A stretch of DNA of 64,000 bases from an uncultured Nitrososphaerales archaeon (lineage in GTDB: Archaea > Thermoproteota > Nitrososphaeria > Nitrososphaerales > Nitrososphaeraceae), in assembly GCA_963713605.1 (NCBI GenBank), contig CAVQMO010000010.1, positions 736,001 to 800,000 of the forward strand, given 5' to 3'. The notes beneath the pieces are model-generated. The model saw only the letters and a list, made by a program, of their open reading frames with translations, was not told the origin of the DNA and did no database searches. This document shows, one piece after another, positions 23,220-34,123 of this stretch (positions are counted from its first letter, which is position 1; every line of letters begins with the position of its first letter). Position numbers and translations under genes: made by a program.

Positions 23220-23906
23220 ATGAGGCTTGGCTGTCTTTTTTCTGGAGGAAAGGATAGTACCTATGCAATCTATGAAAGCATACGGCATGGGCACGAAATC
23301 AGTTGCCTATTGACGTTATTTCCGCCAAGCAACGAAAGCCTACTTTTTCATTTTCCAAATGTCTATATCACTCCTCTGGTTGCAAAAGCAATAAGACTTC
23401 CACACTTGGTATCGTCGGTTAAGGGAACTGATTTAAAATGTGAGTTAGCAGCACTTGAAGGCCTAATCAATCAGGCAAGGGTTCAATATCATATTGATGG
23501 AATTGTGCACGGCGGTATTTCAAGTAGATTTCAAAAATCCAATTTCAGCAACTGCTGCTCTAAGTATGGCCTTCATGTTGTTAGCCCACTGTGGGGTAAA
23601 CCCGCAATCAAGTTCATGAGAGGACTAATTTCGAATGGCTTCAAAACTCTAATAACAAGTGTTTCAACTATGGGTCTAGACCGATACTGGTTGGGGAAAA
23701 TAATAGACGAGAAGGAACTGGAACGATTAATTGAGTTGAGTGATCGTAATCACTTTAATTTGAATTTTGAAGGAGGAGAGGCAGAAACTTTAGTCTTGGA
23801 TAGTCCTATTCATCATGAAACAGTTGATGTTATGGACTTTGAAATTCAATGGGATGGTCAGCGTGGAATTTTTAAAATAACTAGCGTAGGGCTAAAATCA
23901 AAATAA
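23220..23906 (+). CDS. Diphthine-ammonia ligase family PP-loop ATPase (Dph6-like)
   Basis: Motifs LFSGGKDS, SLLFH, PLWG and FEGGEAETLVLDSP. Confidence 0.88.
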   Translation: MRLGCLFSGGKDSTYAIYESIRHGHEISCLLTLFPPSNESLLFHFPNVYITPLVAKAIRLPHLVSSVKGTDLKCELAALEGLINQARVQYHIDGIVHGGISSRFQKSNFSNCCSKYGLHVVSPLWGKPAIKFMRGLISNGFKTLITSVSTMGLDRYWLGKIIDEKELERLIELSDRNHFNLNFEGGEAETLVLDSPIHHETVDVMDFEIQWDGQRGIFKITSVGLKSK

Positions 23907-23919
23907 GGAAACAAAAGAT

Positions 23920-25287
23920 ATGCTCGACAGCCTGCGAACAAACCTGAGAAGCGCGCTTAAGAAAATCATTGGCGCTTCTGACATTAATCGTGAGCTAATA
24001 GAATCACTTTGCAAGGACGTCCAAAGGGCATTGTTGCAATCTGATGTTAATGTAAAACTCGTGCTTACTGTCACGCAGAATATTAAACAACGCTGCCTTA
24101 GTGAGCAGCCGCCGAAGGGTCTTTCTCGCAAAGATCATATAATAACAATACTTTACAGTGAATTAGCTGAGCTCCTCGGTTATACGGGTGAAGAGATAAA
24201 AACCATAGATAAATCGGCTCAGCCTGAGGTAGATCTATTCTCATTCAAGCCGGGGAAACTCAACGTTGTACTCATGTTGGGAATTCAAGGAAGTGGCAAG
24301 ACAACGGTTTCCTCAAAACTAGCAAGGTGGTTCACAAAGCATGGGCACAAAGTTGGTGTAGTGGGAGCGGACACATTTCGGCCGGGAGCTCTGACCCAAT
24401 TAAGGATGAACTGTAGCAAGGTCAACGTAGAAGTATATGGTAAAGAAGGCGAGAATGATGCCGTAAGGATTGTTGGGGACGGGATCGATTATTTCAGAAA
24501 ACAGAACATTGACATTGTGATCGTTGATACTGCAGGGAGACATAAGGAGGAATCAGGTCTTTTGGCCGAGATGACAGGCATGTACGAAGTCGCCAGACCG
24601 GAACTCGTATTGTTGGTCATCGATGGCACTATTGGCCAACAAGCCTTTAACCAGGCCAAGGCGTTCCATAGTGCAGCTCCGATCGGGGGCATAGCTATTA
24701 CGAAACTCGATGGAACCGCAAAAGGCGGAGGGGTTCTGGCTGCAGTAGTGGCTACAGGTGCCAAAGTGATGTTCATCGGGACAGGTGAAAGAATTGACGA
24801 TTTAGAGCTGTTTTCTCCAACACGATTTGTTGGGCGTTTGCTTGGGATGGGTGATATAAAAGCCTTGCTCGAGATGGCCAAAGGATTAGAGCTTAAGGCC
24901 GATGAAAATCAGGCAAAAAGGGTATTAAGCGGGAAAATGACAATAGAAGACTTTTATGCACAGATGGAAAATGTAGGAAAAATGGGCCTTAGGAACATTA
25001 TTGATAACCTCCCTGGTTTGTCTGGAATGGTAAAGGAAGATCAGTTAGATGCAATCCAAGGCAAATTGGAAAAATGGAGGGTTATTATTCAGTCTATGAC
25101 AACCGCTGAGCGCTCGGATCCAGATATCGTGAATGATTCTAGGAGGAAACGAATCGCCCGAGGGTCAGGGTTAACGGAACATGATATTAAAGATCTTATT
25201 AAGCAGTACAGTAATTCTAAAGCGGTTATGAAGCAGGCAAAAGGAAGACAGATGCAGGGAATGCTCCGACGATTCGGGATAGGATAG
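23920..25287 (+). CDS. srp54: Signal recognition particle protein SRP54/Ffh
   Basis: GIQGSGKTT, DTFRPGA, DTAGRH, TKLDGTAKGGG and the M-domain RIARGSG. Confidence 0.97.
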   Translation: MLDSLRTNLRSALKKIIGASDINRELIESLCKDVQRALLQSDVNVKLVLTVTQNIKQRCLSEQPPKGLSRKDHIITILYSELAELLGYTGEEIKTIDKSAQPEVDLFSFKPGKLNVVLMLGIQGSGKTTVSSKLARWFTKHGHKVGVVGADTFRPGALTQLRMNCSKVNVEVYGKEGENDAVRIVGDGIDYFRKQNIDIVIVDTAGRHKEESGLLAEMTGMYEVARPELVLLVIDGTIGQQAFNQAKAFHSAAPIGGIAITKLDGTAKGGGVLAAVVATGAKVMFIGTGERIDDLELFSPTRFVGRLLGMGDIKALLEMAKGLELKADENQAKRVLSGKMTIEDFYAQMENVGKMGLRNIIDNLPGLSGMVKEDQLDAIQGKLEKWRVIIQSMTTAERSDPDIVNDSRRKRIARGSGLTEHDIKDLIKQYSNSKAVMKQAKGRQMQGMLRRFGIG

Positions 25288-25304
25288 GCATTAGTAATTA
25301 GAAT

Positions 25305-26408
25305 TTGAAGTATTACCTATCATTATGTAAGCAATGCAGGATTAGACAAGGATTCATCGACAGAAAGAATCTAGAAGAACCAAACGAGTGCTTTATTTGT
25401 AATAATTTGATGAGCAAGTTGGAGACCATTAATAATGCGTTAGTCAGCAGGGTGAGTGACGGTTATGAATTTAGAACATTTCAGATCGGAGTCTCGCTCC
25501 CTTCCTCTTACGTTGAAAGAGAGGACAATATTAGGTCAAGACTGAGGGTTAAGGGAAGAAACAGTATAAAGAATCAATTTTTGTCAAATCTTAGAGAAAT
25601 GTTCAAACATGCTCTAAATAAGGAAATGGATTACACATCTCCGGATCTCAGAATAGATCTGGTAATTAATGAAGATAATGAGTTTTTTTTTAATATTATT
25701 CCTACACCTATTGTACTCACATGTAGATACTTAAAAAAGAGACGTGGGATACCTCAAAAACAGACTGTACTGCCCATTATCAAAAGTCAACTCCTAAAAG
25801 ATGATTCCCATTGCGAAAAGTCCACCAGTTTGGAAGAAGTGGTATCTGAATATCTTAAGCAGATAACTTCAGGTGTTAAAGTAAAATTTTCATGGATAGG
25901 CGGAGAAGATAAAGAAAGTCTTGTACTAGGTAAAGGTAGGCCATTTTTTGCTGAGATTATAAAACCGAAGCGTCGAATTATAACTGAACACAATATTAGT
26001 TTGAAGGAGAAAGGGATTGAGCTTTTTGTGTTAAGCGCCTCCAAGAATTTGCCACAATATCCCATGAAATTTGTTTCTATGACACGGATTTCAATTCTAG
26101 CCGAAAGATTAGTATGTAGTAAGGAACTTAATTGCTTACCTTCACTTAGTGGGCGGACTATTTGGTTTAGAAACAAGAAGAGGATCATTAGTAGGGATGT
26201 GCATAGTGTTAAGGTAGTCAATATCCATGGGAAGAATTTTGAACTCGAAATCATCGCGGAAGGTGGGTTACATATCAAACAGTTCGTGGGTGGGAAGGAG
26301 TATTGCGAACCGAATATTTCGACCATATTGGGAGTGAGGTGTGAGTGCATAAGTTTTGATATTATTGATGTATGGCTACGAGACCTTCACGCATTGGAGG
26401 TTTTTTAG
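25305..26408 (+). CDS. pus10: tRNA pseudouridine synthase Pus10
   Basis: N-terminal Cys pairs, YLKKRRGIPQ, catalytic-loop GGEDKESLVLGKGRPF and AEGGLHIKQFVGG...PNIS. Confidence 0.82.
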   Translation: MKYYLSLCKQCRIRQGFIDRKNLEEPNECFICNNLMSKLETINNALVSRVSDGYEFRTFQIGVSLPSSYVEREDNIRSRLRVKGRNSIKNQFLSNLREMFKHALNKEMDYTSPDLRIDLVINEDNEFFFNIIPTPIVLTCRYLKKRRGIPQKQTVLPIIKSQLLKDDSHCEKSTSLEEVVSEYLKQITSGVKVKFSWIGGEDKESLVLGKGRPFFAEIIKPKRRIITEHNISLKEKGIELFVLSASKNLPQYPMKFVSMTRISILAERLVCSKELNCLPSLSGRTIWFRNKKRIISRDVHSVKVVNIHGKNFELEIIAEGGLHIKQFVGGKEYCEPNISTILGVRCECISFDIIDVWLRDLHALEVF

Positions 26409-26781
26409 CAACCTTCATCCGTAAAAATGTCAGTAAACGAGGAGGATGATTAAGGTATCTATGTGGCAACTACATTGGTCGATGTAGAAACGACTGTTCA
26501 TCCACTTCAATGCATTTCATGCTCTCCTATTTTTAAACCATATTAATGCAAGTCAAACGCGATTCAGAAAGCGATGCGTAATCAAAACTCAAAAACGAAC
26601 GAACGGATTGCAACGATAATTCAATTTATAGCACGAGAGTGGAACCGAATTACCGGGTGAAAATAATTGCCTAAACTCCTTTAAAATGTCCCAAATCGCC
26701 AAGGTAGGACTTACTGGTAGGACTTGAACCTCTATGACTTTGGGAATGCATGATTTTACCATAATGTGAAGAAGTCCCTTT

Positions 26782-26967
26782 TCAAGCTTTCGTATTATCC
26801 TTTTTACTGAATTCAGTAAATCCACATTTTCCGCAGCTAAGTCTGTCCTTGTGTTCAGCCATAAATACCCCTTTTCCACATCTAGGGCAATCTCTCTTGG
26901 ACCTGGTTACCTTATCACCGTCAATCTTGTAAAATTTGTAAACAGATCCTGTATTGGTTTTCGCCAA
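26782..26967 (-). CDS. rps27ae: 30S ribosomal protein S27ae
   Basis: YKIDGDKVTR..RDCPRCGKGVFMAEHKDRLSCGKCGFTE. Confidence 0.95.
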   Translation of the reverse strand: MAKTNTGSVYKFYKIDGDKVTRSKRDCPRCGKGVFMAEHKDRLSCGKCGFTEFSKKDNTKA

Positions 26968-26968
26968 A

Positions 26969-27391
26969 TTATTTACCTCTACCAGAACCCTTCGCCTCTG
27001 AAGAAGCAGCTTGTTTCGCCTTTAGTTTAGCAGCCTTTTCCTCACTGATCAGCTTCTTTCTTTCCTCTTTAGATAGATTTCTCAATAATCTGTATCGAGG
27101 GACTTGACTTTTGGTTTCCTCCTCTGTATTAAATGCGTAAAATGTTCCGATTAAATCCTTTTTGCCTCTCTCACTTTTCAGATTCATAGGGATAACGCAA
27201 CTCTTGCTCAGCCCAAATTTTTTGGCAACCTCCTCTGATGCCTCGGTTCTCCTTAATTTGCCTGCCTGTTCCTTAAAAAGGACCGTGATCTCCCTTCTAT
27301 TAAGTAATATATTTGTCCTGTCTGACAGGCCAACGACTTCTTGCGACAACACCCTTCTCTCCTTATGATTATCTATAAATATTTTTGCCAA
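26969..27391 (-). CDS. rps24e: 30S ribosomal protein S24e
   Basis: NILLNRREI motif, basic composition and the canonical position upstream of S27ae. Confidence 0.8.
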   Translation of the reverse strand: MAKIFIDNHKERRVLSQEVVGLSDRTNILLNRREITVLFKEQAGKLRRTEASEEVAKKFGLSKSCVIPMNLKSERGKKDLIGTFYAFNTEEETKSQVPRYRLLRNLSKEERKKLISEEKAAKLKAKQAASSEAKGSGRGK

Positions 27392-27537
27392 TTGAATCGG
27401 CGAATGAATGGTTACTCTAATTACAATCGGTTAGATATGAAATATATCAACACACGACCTAACAAAATACGAGGAAACGTCCTCTCTTGTATCAAATCAT
27501 CTTCTTCCGATACTTCTTAAATCATGAAGTGTGTTCC

Positions 27538-27627
27538 CGGGTCCGGTGGGCTTCGATCCCACAACAGCTGGCTTCGGAGGCATGTGCTTATGGTATCAGC
27601 ACCCTCTCCTGACTAGGCGACGGACCC
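27538..27627 (-). tRNA. tRNA-Arg(CCG) with a 15-nt non-canonical intron in the anticodon stem
   Basis: Reverse complement: GGGTCCG-TC-GCCTAGTCAGGAGAGGGT-G-CTG[ATACCATAAGCACAT]GC-CTCCGAA-GCCAG-CTGTT-GTGGG-ATCGAAG-CCCAC-CGGACCC-G. Confidence 0.88.
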
Positions 27628-27800
27628 ATTTAATATTAACTCAGAATTTCATATTAAAGCCTTTACACAGTGCATTTTATGGTACTTTAAATAATATTGA
27701 CCCAATATTGATATTAAGGTTCGAATCGTACCAATATTCAGAAATTATTACATTTTTTGATATCAAAACTGTTATATTGTAATTGTGTTTATTTTAGACT

Positions 27801-28160
27801 GTGTATGTAAAGATTGATCAACTAGAAATAATGGGTACTCATTTGAAAGAAGTCAAGGTAGGCGATATACTGTCTTTTGAAGCGCTGATCAGGAATCCCT
27901 TAGATTGGGATCATTTCTTCGAGCAGATTGAAATGTTGAAGTATCACCGAAATACACCGTTCACAGTGGTAACACGGGAGGGCGATAGGATCCAAGGACT
28001 TGGAGAAATCATTTCTGCAGAGAAATGGCGAAATGGAATACACTTCGGGTTCAAGATCAAGGTAAAGGTCAAGAAACAAAAGTCGTTGAGTGATAAGAGA
28101 ACGCATGAAAGGTACATCAACCAACCCGTCGTAGCTGAACTGAGTCCCTTACCGTTCTGA
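27801..28160 (+). CDS. Hypothetical protein
   Basis: 119-aa ORF with a beta-rich pattern and no recognised motif. Confidence 0.7.
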   Translation: MYVKIDQLEIMGTHLKEVKVGDILSFEALIRNPLDWDHFFEQIEMLKYHRNTPFTVVTREGDRIQGLGEIISAEKWRNGIHFGFKIKVKVKKQKSLSDKRTHERYINQPVVAELSPLPF

Positions 28161-28390
28161 CATTTTTAAGAAACATGATTCCAAATCTCAAAGTGCTTTT
28201 TTTGAGTATCTGAGCTGGAGCGATGGCTTGTCATTGACATATCGGTGACTAGTTACCAACGAGGCTTAGGCAGGCTCAACCCACTTTGGATAGTGTAGTC
28301 GATCCGGGCATGTACTCACTAATGAAGGCTTTTCCTCTATTAATTTGAAGAATGTTTAAATAAACAAATCTGTTTCATACTCAAATCATT

Positions 28391-29095
28391 TTGCGGCAGA
28401 TTACCTCGTTTGCAGTTGACATTGACGGGACTATAACTGAGAATGGTGGAGGGATGCTTCACCTACCAGCGGTCCTTGAGCTCAGGATTCTCGAAAGAAT
28501 GGGATTTAAAGTTATTTTTGTTACAGGAAGATCGTCGTTTGAAGCTTATACTTTGGCTGTCTTCGCAGGAACAACAAAGGTTGCCGTTTCCGAAAATGGT
28601 GGAGTAATCACCAAGAGCCCAGAGGAACATTTGGTCTTAGGAGATAAGAAAATTTGCGTGGAAGGGTATAATGTACTAAAGGATCATATTGAAGGCATCA
28701 AGAATAAGCCAGTCTTTGGGCGAATGTCAGAAGTTGTCTTGTGCAGAAATTTTGACATTGATCGTGCTCGACAGATACTCAATGAGCATAAACTTCCCTT
28801 GTATCTCAGCGATAGTAAGTATGCCTACCATATTAACAATATTGGGGTAGACAAATTTACAGGGCTGACTGAAGCATTAAGAATTCTAGGGCTTGAAGCT
28901 AGGGACAGTGTAGCAATTGGAGACAGCGAGACTGATATCCCCCTTTTTAGATCTTGCGGCTTTAGTATATGCTTAGGACATGCTGAAGAAAACGTAAAAC
29001 AGAATGCAACCCAAGTGACGTCGGCCAAGCATGGTGAGGGACTCGTGCAAGCCATTCAGTTTCTGTCTCAAAATTTTTTTGAACTAAAGCCATGA
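28391..29095 (+). CDS. HAD-IIB hydrolase (archaeal phosphoglycolate phosphatase type)
   Basis: Motifs DIDGTIT, VTGRS, SENGG, VDK and AIGDSETD. Confidence 0.9.
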   Translation: MRQITSFAVDIDGTITENGGGMLHLPAVLELRILERMGFKVIFVTGRSSFEAYTLAVFAGTTKVAVSENGGVITKSPEEHLVLGDKKICVEGYNVLKDHIEGIKNKPVFGRMSEVVLCRNFDIDRARQILNEHKLPLYLSDSKYAYHINNIGVDKFTGLTEALRILGLEARDSVAIGDSETDIPLFRSCGFSICLGHAEENVKQNATQVTSAKHGEGLVQAIQFLSQNFFELKP

Positions 29096-31010
29096 GCTTA
29101 AGAACCCTCAGGAAAGAAGCGATGCTACTTGTGGATAAATTATTACTAGATAGAAAAATTGATGGCATAAATTATACACTTAACGAGCCTCAGAACACTG
29201 AATTTGGAGAGCTTACTAGCAATATTGCATTTCAGCTAGCTCAACGATTACATAGTAATCCGTCTCTCGTAGCAAAGGATCTAGTAGAATCTCTTTCTAT
29301 CGAACTAGATAAACAAAGATCACAGAGGTCACTGCTCAAGACAATTGAGGCCCACCCTTCAGGACATATAAATTTCAGAGCAGCTTGGGACGTGTATCCA
29401 AGAGCAGTAATTAACGAGATCTTGGATGACGGTTACGGAAAATTTGACTTTGGAAAAGGAAAAAGGGTCATTATTGAACATACGAGTGTAAACCCTAACA
29501 AAGCGTTACATGTAGGACATTTGAGAAATATGATTATTGGAGATGTTCTGTTCAGGATCCTTTCGGCGGTTAATTATGACACAATTGTATTCTATTACGT
29601 AGACGACTCAGGTCTTCAAGTGGCCGACATAGTTGTTGGATTTATGTATGCTGGATTTCCGGTTGATCCCCCCGATCCTACTACAAAATTCGACCAATAT
29701 TGTGGGAATGAAGTTTATGTGAAAATCAATGATTTGTATCTCAAGAATCCAGACCTCCAAGATAAGCGGAAATCAGTCTTGAAAAGCATTGAAATGGGTA
29801 ATTCTGATATATCAAAGTTTGCGAAGGTTATCAGCCTACGCGTCTTGAAGGATCAACTGAAGACATGCTGGAGTATAAAAGTAAAGTACGATCTACTAAA
29901 TTTCGAATCAGATATTGTGGCTTCCAAGTTGTGGGAGAAAATGTTCGAGATCTTGAAAAATAAAGGTAAAGCAGTATACGAAACTGAAGGAAAAAATAAA
30001 GGTTGCTGGGTAATCAGAGGTTCAGACGCAGACGACGACAAGGTGTTGATCAGAAGCGATGGCACTCTGACATATATGGCTAAGGATATGCCTTACGCAG
30101 CATGGAAGCTTGGCCTGTTTTCCGATCCTTTCCTTTATTACGCATTTTCAAAGCAGTGGGACACTTCTATTCTCTGGGCAGAAACCCTTGATAGGTCGAT
30201 CGGTTTTCCACCAGTACCGACAGTTTGGGGGCGCTGAGGTCATAATTAACTTAATAGACTCCAGACAATCTAGGTTGCAAACTATTATTTCTACGTACTC
30301 TTTCGGCCGTTGCTAAATATGACAAAGAGCGCTATATGCATCTAAGTTACGAACCGGTTACCCTAAGTTCTCGGACTGCGAAGTCGCTAGGCATCAACAT
30401 TGGGGATGCTTCCGCTCATATGTCCGGAAGGAAAGGGATTTACGTCGGCGCCGACCAAGTTATGGAGATACTTTACAAGAAGGCAAAGGAAGAAATCCAG
30501 CGTCGGCATCCGAATTTGACCGGCTCAGAACTATCTGCTATTTCTGAAAGTCTGGGCAGGGCTGCCGTCCGGTATAACTTGATTAAACAGGATTTGGAGC
30601 GGCCAATAGTGTTCGACCTAGAGGAGTCACTGAGCCTGGATGGTGACAGTGGGCCATATTTGCAATATGCGTTCGCGAGGTCTCAAAGGCTCCTTGAAAA
30701 GGGCGAAATAATGCATCAAAGTATCAGCTTTGCCAATCTTCTGCATGATAAGGAGCTAAATTTGATTCGAGAATTATCAAAAATGGATCTAATTATCGAG
30801 CAATGTTCATCACAAATGAACCCAAAGCTCATAGCAAGGTATGCCCATAAACTCGCCGTAGCGTTTAATCTATTTTACGAACAGGTACCTATTCTAAAAC
30901 AGACTGATGATTCTCTAGTTTCTGCAAGGCTTATGTTAGTAAGGGCCTTCAACATAGTGATGAAACTTACGTTAAACTGTCTTGGTATCGATCCATTAAA
31001 TATGATGTGA
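29092..31010 (+). CDS. argS: Arginine--tRNA ligase (apparent frameshifts between about 30200 and 30330)
   Basis: EHTSVNPNKALHVGHLRN, RSDGTLTYMAKD, IDSRQ, HMSGRKG, GDSGPYLQYAFAR and the C-terminal LGID..NMM. Confidence 0.95.
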
Positions 31011-31401
31011 TGAGGGTCACGAACTCTATCTAGTTCAATGTGCGCACCAAAAACAATGAAGGTCGCTATATATTGTTCATTTTTTTTGCATCTGTTGGCA
31101 AGGACATTATTCATCACGTTACTGCTCGCAATATGGTTGATATAATGTTCCCTCATGTTAGCACTTTAGTCAAAAAATGACATTAAAACGTAACCATATG
31201 AAGGATATAGATATGAAGCAGTTAGTTGGTATTTATTGAGTAACATTTTTTTGGGATTTCTTTAATACCCATTATGTAACCTAAATAAATTTTTTGTTTG
31301 TATCACTGGATTAGGTAGTATATTGAAAATCCTCCTGACATCCAAAATACGGGATGCATCGATTGGAACGTTCTCTATCTATTCATCGGAAAAATATTTT
31401 G

Positions 31402-31992
31402 CTAACCACCTAGCGTAAATGCTGCAGATTGTTTCTGAGAAGAATAGCCCCCCAGAAATGCTTCGACCGTAAGAGTCGTGTTATACAGCTCATCAGCTTG
31501 GGTATGTAGGGTAAATGCAGATTTCCCATTACTATCGGTCAGTCCACTGAAGAAGTATGTAGAAATACCACTCCCATTTGCAATCCAACCATCGATGCTG
31601 ACGCCAGAAAGTTCAGAAGATGTCTCCGAGTCTAACGCAGAAAAATTGAGGTTTAGGGTTGTGTTACCGGCTTCTTGAGCTGAAACACGGAGAACAAACT
31701 CTTTCAATTCTAATATGCGGGCAGTTTCATTCAGAACATTTTGGGTAACATTGAGTATGACCTTGTTCATTGCTATTGATGCGAGTGCACCTATAGTTAC
31801 AGGATCAGTAGTGGTTACAGTCTCATTGATCATGGTTTTAGTTGTGTTTTCAAAAATAGGAACTGTCGAATTTTCATGGCTAGTATTTTGGATCGACATT
31901 TGCACCTGTTCTTGCGAATAAGCATCTGTATAAAATATCGTCATAGGACAGATGAGGTATATGAGTAGCGTTAATAAACTGCTGCGCATCAA
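31402..31992 (-). CDS. Secreted, probably N-glycosylated hypothetical protein
   Basis: N-terminal signal peptide, many N-x-S/T sequons and an Ig-like C-terminal pattern GLTDSNGKSAFT. Confidence 0.7.
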   Translation of the reverse strand: MMRSSLLTLLIYLICPMTIFYTDAYSQEQVQMSIQNTSHENSTVPIFENTTKTMINETVTTTDPVTIGALASIAMNKVILNVTQNVLNETARILELKEFVLRVSAQEAGNTTLNLNFSALDSETSSELSGVSIDGWIANGSGISTYFFSGLTDSNGKSAFTLHTQADELYNTTLTVEAFLGGYSSQKQSAAFTLGG

Positions 31993-32009
31993 TGTAAATA
32001 TTCTATAGG

Positions 32010-32699
32010 CTACTCCAATCTGTTATAAAAATACTGGCAATCTAAGCAAGACATCTTTGGCGCAAAAGTGGCTATTCTTATCTTATCAACCAATATGTTT
32101 GCTATTCTTATCAACCAATATGTTTGGGCCGTTCTTGCATTGAAATAGGCTGATGGTTCAGCAGAATACGAAACTACAATCCATTTATTATCTTTCACCG
32201 TCCAAGCTTGAGTTTGCCTAATTTCTGATTGATTCCCAGCTACAGTGTATGTTATTTTATGAGCCGGAAGCCCTGAAACTTTTGTCGGAAGAGATTCCTG
32301 TAGGGTGAAATTGTTTAAATTTCTTGAAAGAATTCGAATAGTGGAGTTAGTGAACTTATCAAGCGATTCGGGAGCCATGTTGTGAGGATCTGATACTATA
32401 ATGTTTGCATTTTCTGAGTAACCAAATGATCCGTTAATCCCAGTATGATAAAAGTCCGCTAGGATATTGTTCCCCGAAATATTTCCAAGCTGTTCAAGTA
32501 CATCCCAATTTGAAGGGTATTTAATTCGGACACCTGAACTCGTATCACCAAAAACTAAATAATTAATCTCGCTTGAATTTTCTTCAAAGTCAAAGAAAAC
32601 TTGTCCGACAGCGACAAATCCTTCGTATAATTCCAATGTATTCAATACTACAAACAATAACCCGCAAAATAGGGCCGCACATACAATAATGAATTTCAA
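32010..32699 (-). CDS. Exported PsbP/Mog1-like protein; C-terminus possibly disrupted
   Basis: Signal/TM segment, then GVRIKYPSNW, TKVSGLPAHKITYT, QAWTVKDNK and VVSYSA. The tail runs through a tandem duplication. Confidence 0.75.
   Translation of the reverse strand: MKFIIVCAALFCGLLFVVLNTLELYEGFVAVGQVFFDFEENSSEINYLVFGDTSSGVRIKYPSNWDVLEQLGNISGNNILADFYHTGINGSFGYSENANIIVSDPHNMAPESLDKFTNSTIRILSRNLNNFTLQESLPTKVSGLPAHKITYTVAGNQSEIRQTQAWTVKDNKWIVVSYSAEPSAYFNARTAQTYWLIRIANILVDKIRIATFAPKMSCLDCQYFYNRLE
32071..32125. repeat. Tandem duplication (30 and 25 bp copies)
   Basis: gctattcttatcttatcaaccaatatgttt is followed by gctattcttatcaaccaatatgttt. Confidence 0.85.
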
Positions 32700-32829
32700 T
32701 CTAATCAGTCCTCTACTGAGAATAAAGCTTCTGGATCCAATTTCAATATTCCTATTTCGCTGGTCAAAGCAACTATGTTATGATTTCACTTGAAATAAAT
32801 ATAAAGAAACATAATAAAGATGAATGTAA

Positions 32830-33568
32830 TTGATCATAGCGTTCAGACAGATTGGCATCATAGCCTATATGACAGGAATATTGTGGCTAAGGAGAAACCC
32901 ACTTTCGATGGTATTTTCAGCTTTGAGTCCATTCTCAATTTTGTTTGTCCTTTTTGTAGTAAGCAATGGCGAGTACACAGATCTTGCAATCGCTGGAAGT
33001 CTTGTCATGGCAACTGTCGGATATGGTTTGGCACTTGGGCAAGACATTTCATTCTACAAGACTGAATACAAAATTCAGGATGTCTTCGTTGCAGCTCCTG
33101 TGTCACCCCTCACATATATGACTGGACTCGCATTGTCAGAATTATTATTTGGCCTCCCTGCACTTATTGCGCTTACTACCTTAGCTATATTGTTCGGAGA
33201 CACTCTAGCTACACTACCACTGCTGATTTGTAGCATACTCTTGACTTGGGGTGCAATGTCTGCAATGGGCTTTTTCTTATCTTCTCACATGCTTCATATG
33301 CGAAATGCAACTCAGGTTATTTCTTTTGTTAACGTGATACTCGCTGTGATTCCTCCAGTCTACTATTCTATCGAACGGCTCCCTTTGAATCTCCAGTACC
33401 CTAGCTTACTCAGTTCCGACAACTCACGCCTCTTTGATGATACAGGATAGCATGGGACTTGCTACGCCGGAAACTTGGTCAATATATTTGGGACTTGCAG
33501 TTCAATTTGCATATTTGATATGCTTCTTAGCTTTAGCAAGGGCGCGTGCGGTTTGGAGGGATTTGTAG
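32830..33568 (+). CDS. ABC-2 type exporter permease (frameshift near 33400)
   Basis: Multi-TM protein with APVSPLTY and PPVYYSIERLP. It continues in another frame as VPTTHASLMIQ...ARAVWRDL*. Confidence 0.8.
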
Positions 33569-33656
33569 CTCTCACCTCAGTGTTCACGCCTGACATTTTT
33601 TTTGTTCCCGAGGTCTTGATTCCAATGACACGGATGCTAGTATATTCGTTATATCT

Positions 33657-33920
33657 TTATAGATCAAGATTGTTATCTAGGCATACCAGTTCTTTAAGAT
33701 CATTGTAGAGATTTAGAAATTCTGTACCTTTGACGGTCATAATAATTTCCAAAAAGTGTGGATCGAAGGAGATGAGGTCATAATGCTCTAATTCAATTAA
33801 ATACTTCGGAATTTGTGAAATGTGCTTATCAAGCATTTTTTCTATTTTTTGAATCTTCAATCTTCCAGTTCTGTCCGAAAAGGAGAGTATATCCGCGACT
33901 AAATCCAGACCGGTGTACAT
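33657..33920 (-). CDS. Small winged helix-turn-helix protein
   Basis: DLVADIL...KYLIELEHYDLI...MTVKGTEFLNLYNDL, a pattern typical of archaeal small wHTH regulators. Confidence 0.7.
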   Translation of the reverse strand: MYTGLDLVADILSFSDRTGRLKIQKIEKMLDKHISQIPKYLIELEHYDLISFDPHFLEIIMTVKGTEFLNLYNDLKELVCLDNNLDL

Positions 33921-34123
33921 CGATTACGATACTCAAAATCACACCGTAAATAAAAGGGTCACCCAGACAAATAGGAGAAAATTGTGACTCACATTTCCCT
34001 AACCAGCCTTTTCAGTTACATCGATCAGGCATACGATAAGGGAAGAATACAATTTTACTAGGAACAATTCAATATATCAGTTGAATAGTTCTGTCAACAA
34101 AAGGAGAAAATAGTAGTATTCGG

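Noticed and set aside
27531..27782. 83-aa ORF MFPGPVGFDPTT...
   Set aside because: It is the antisense reading of tRNA-Arg.
29092..31010. argS, uvrA, aconitase and others as true pseudogenes or programmed frameshifts
   Set aside because: The genes are essential or conserved, motifs are intact, and I saw no common slippery sequence. Sequencing indels are the simpler explanation.
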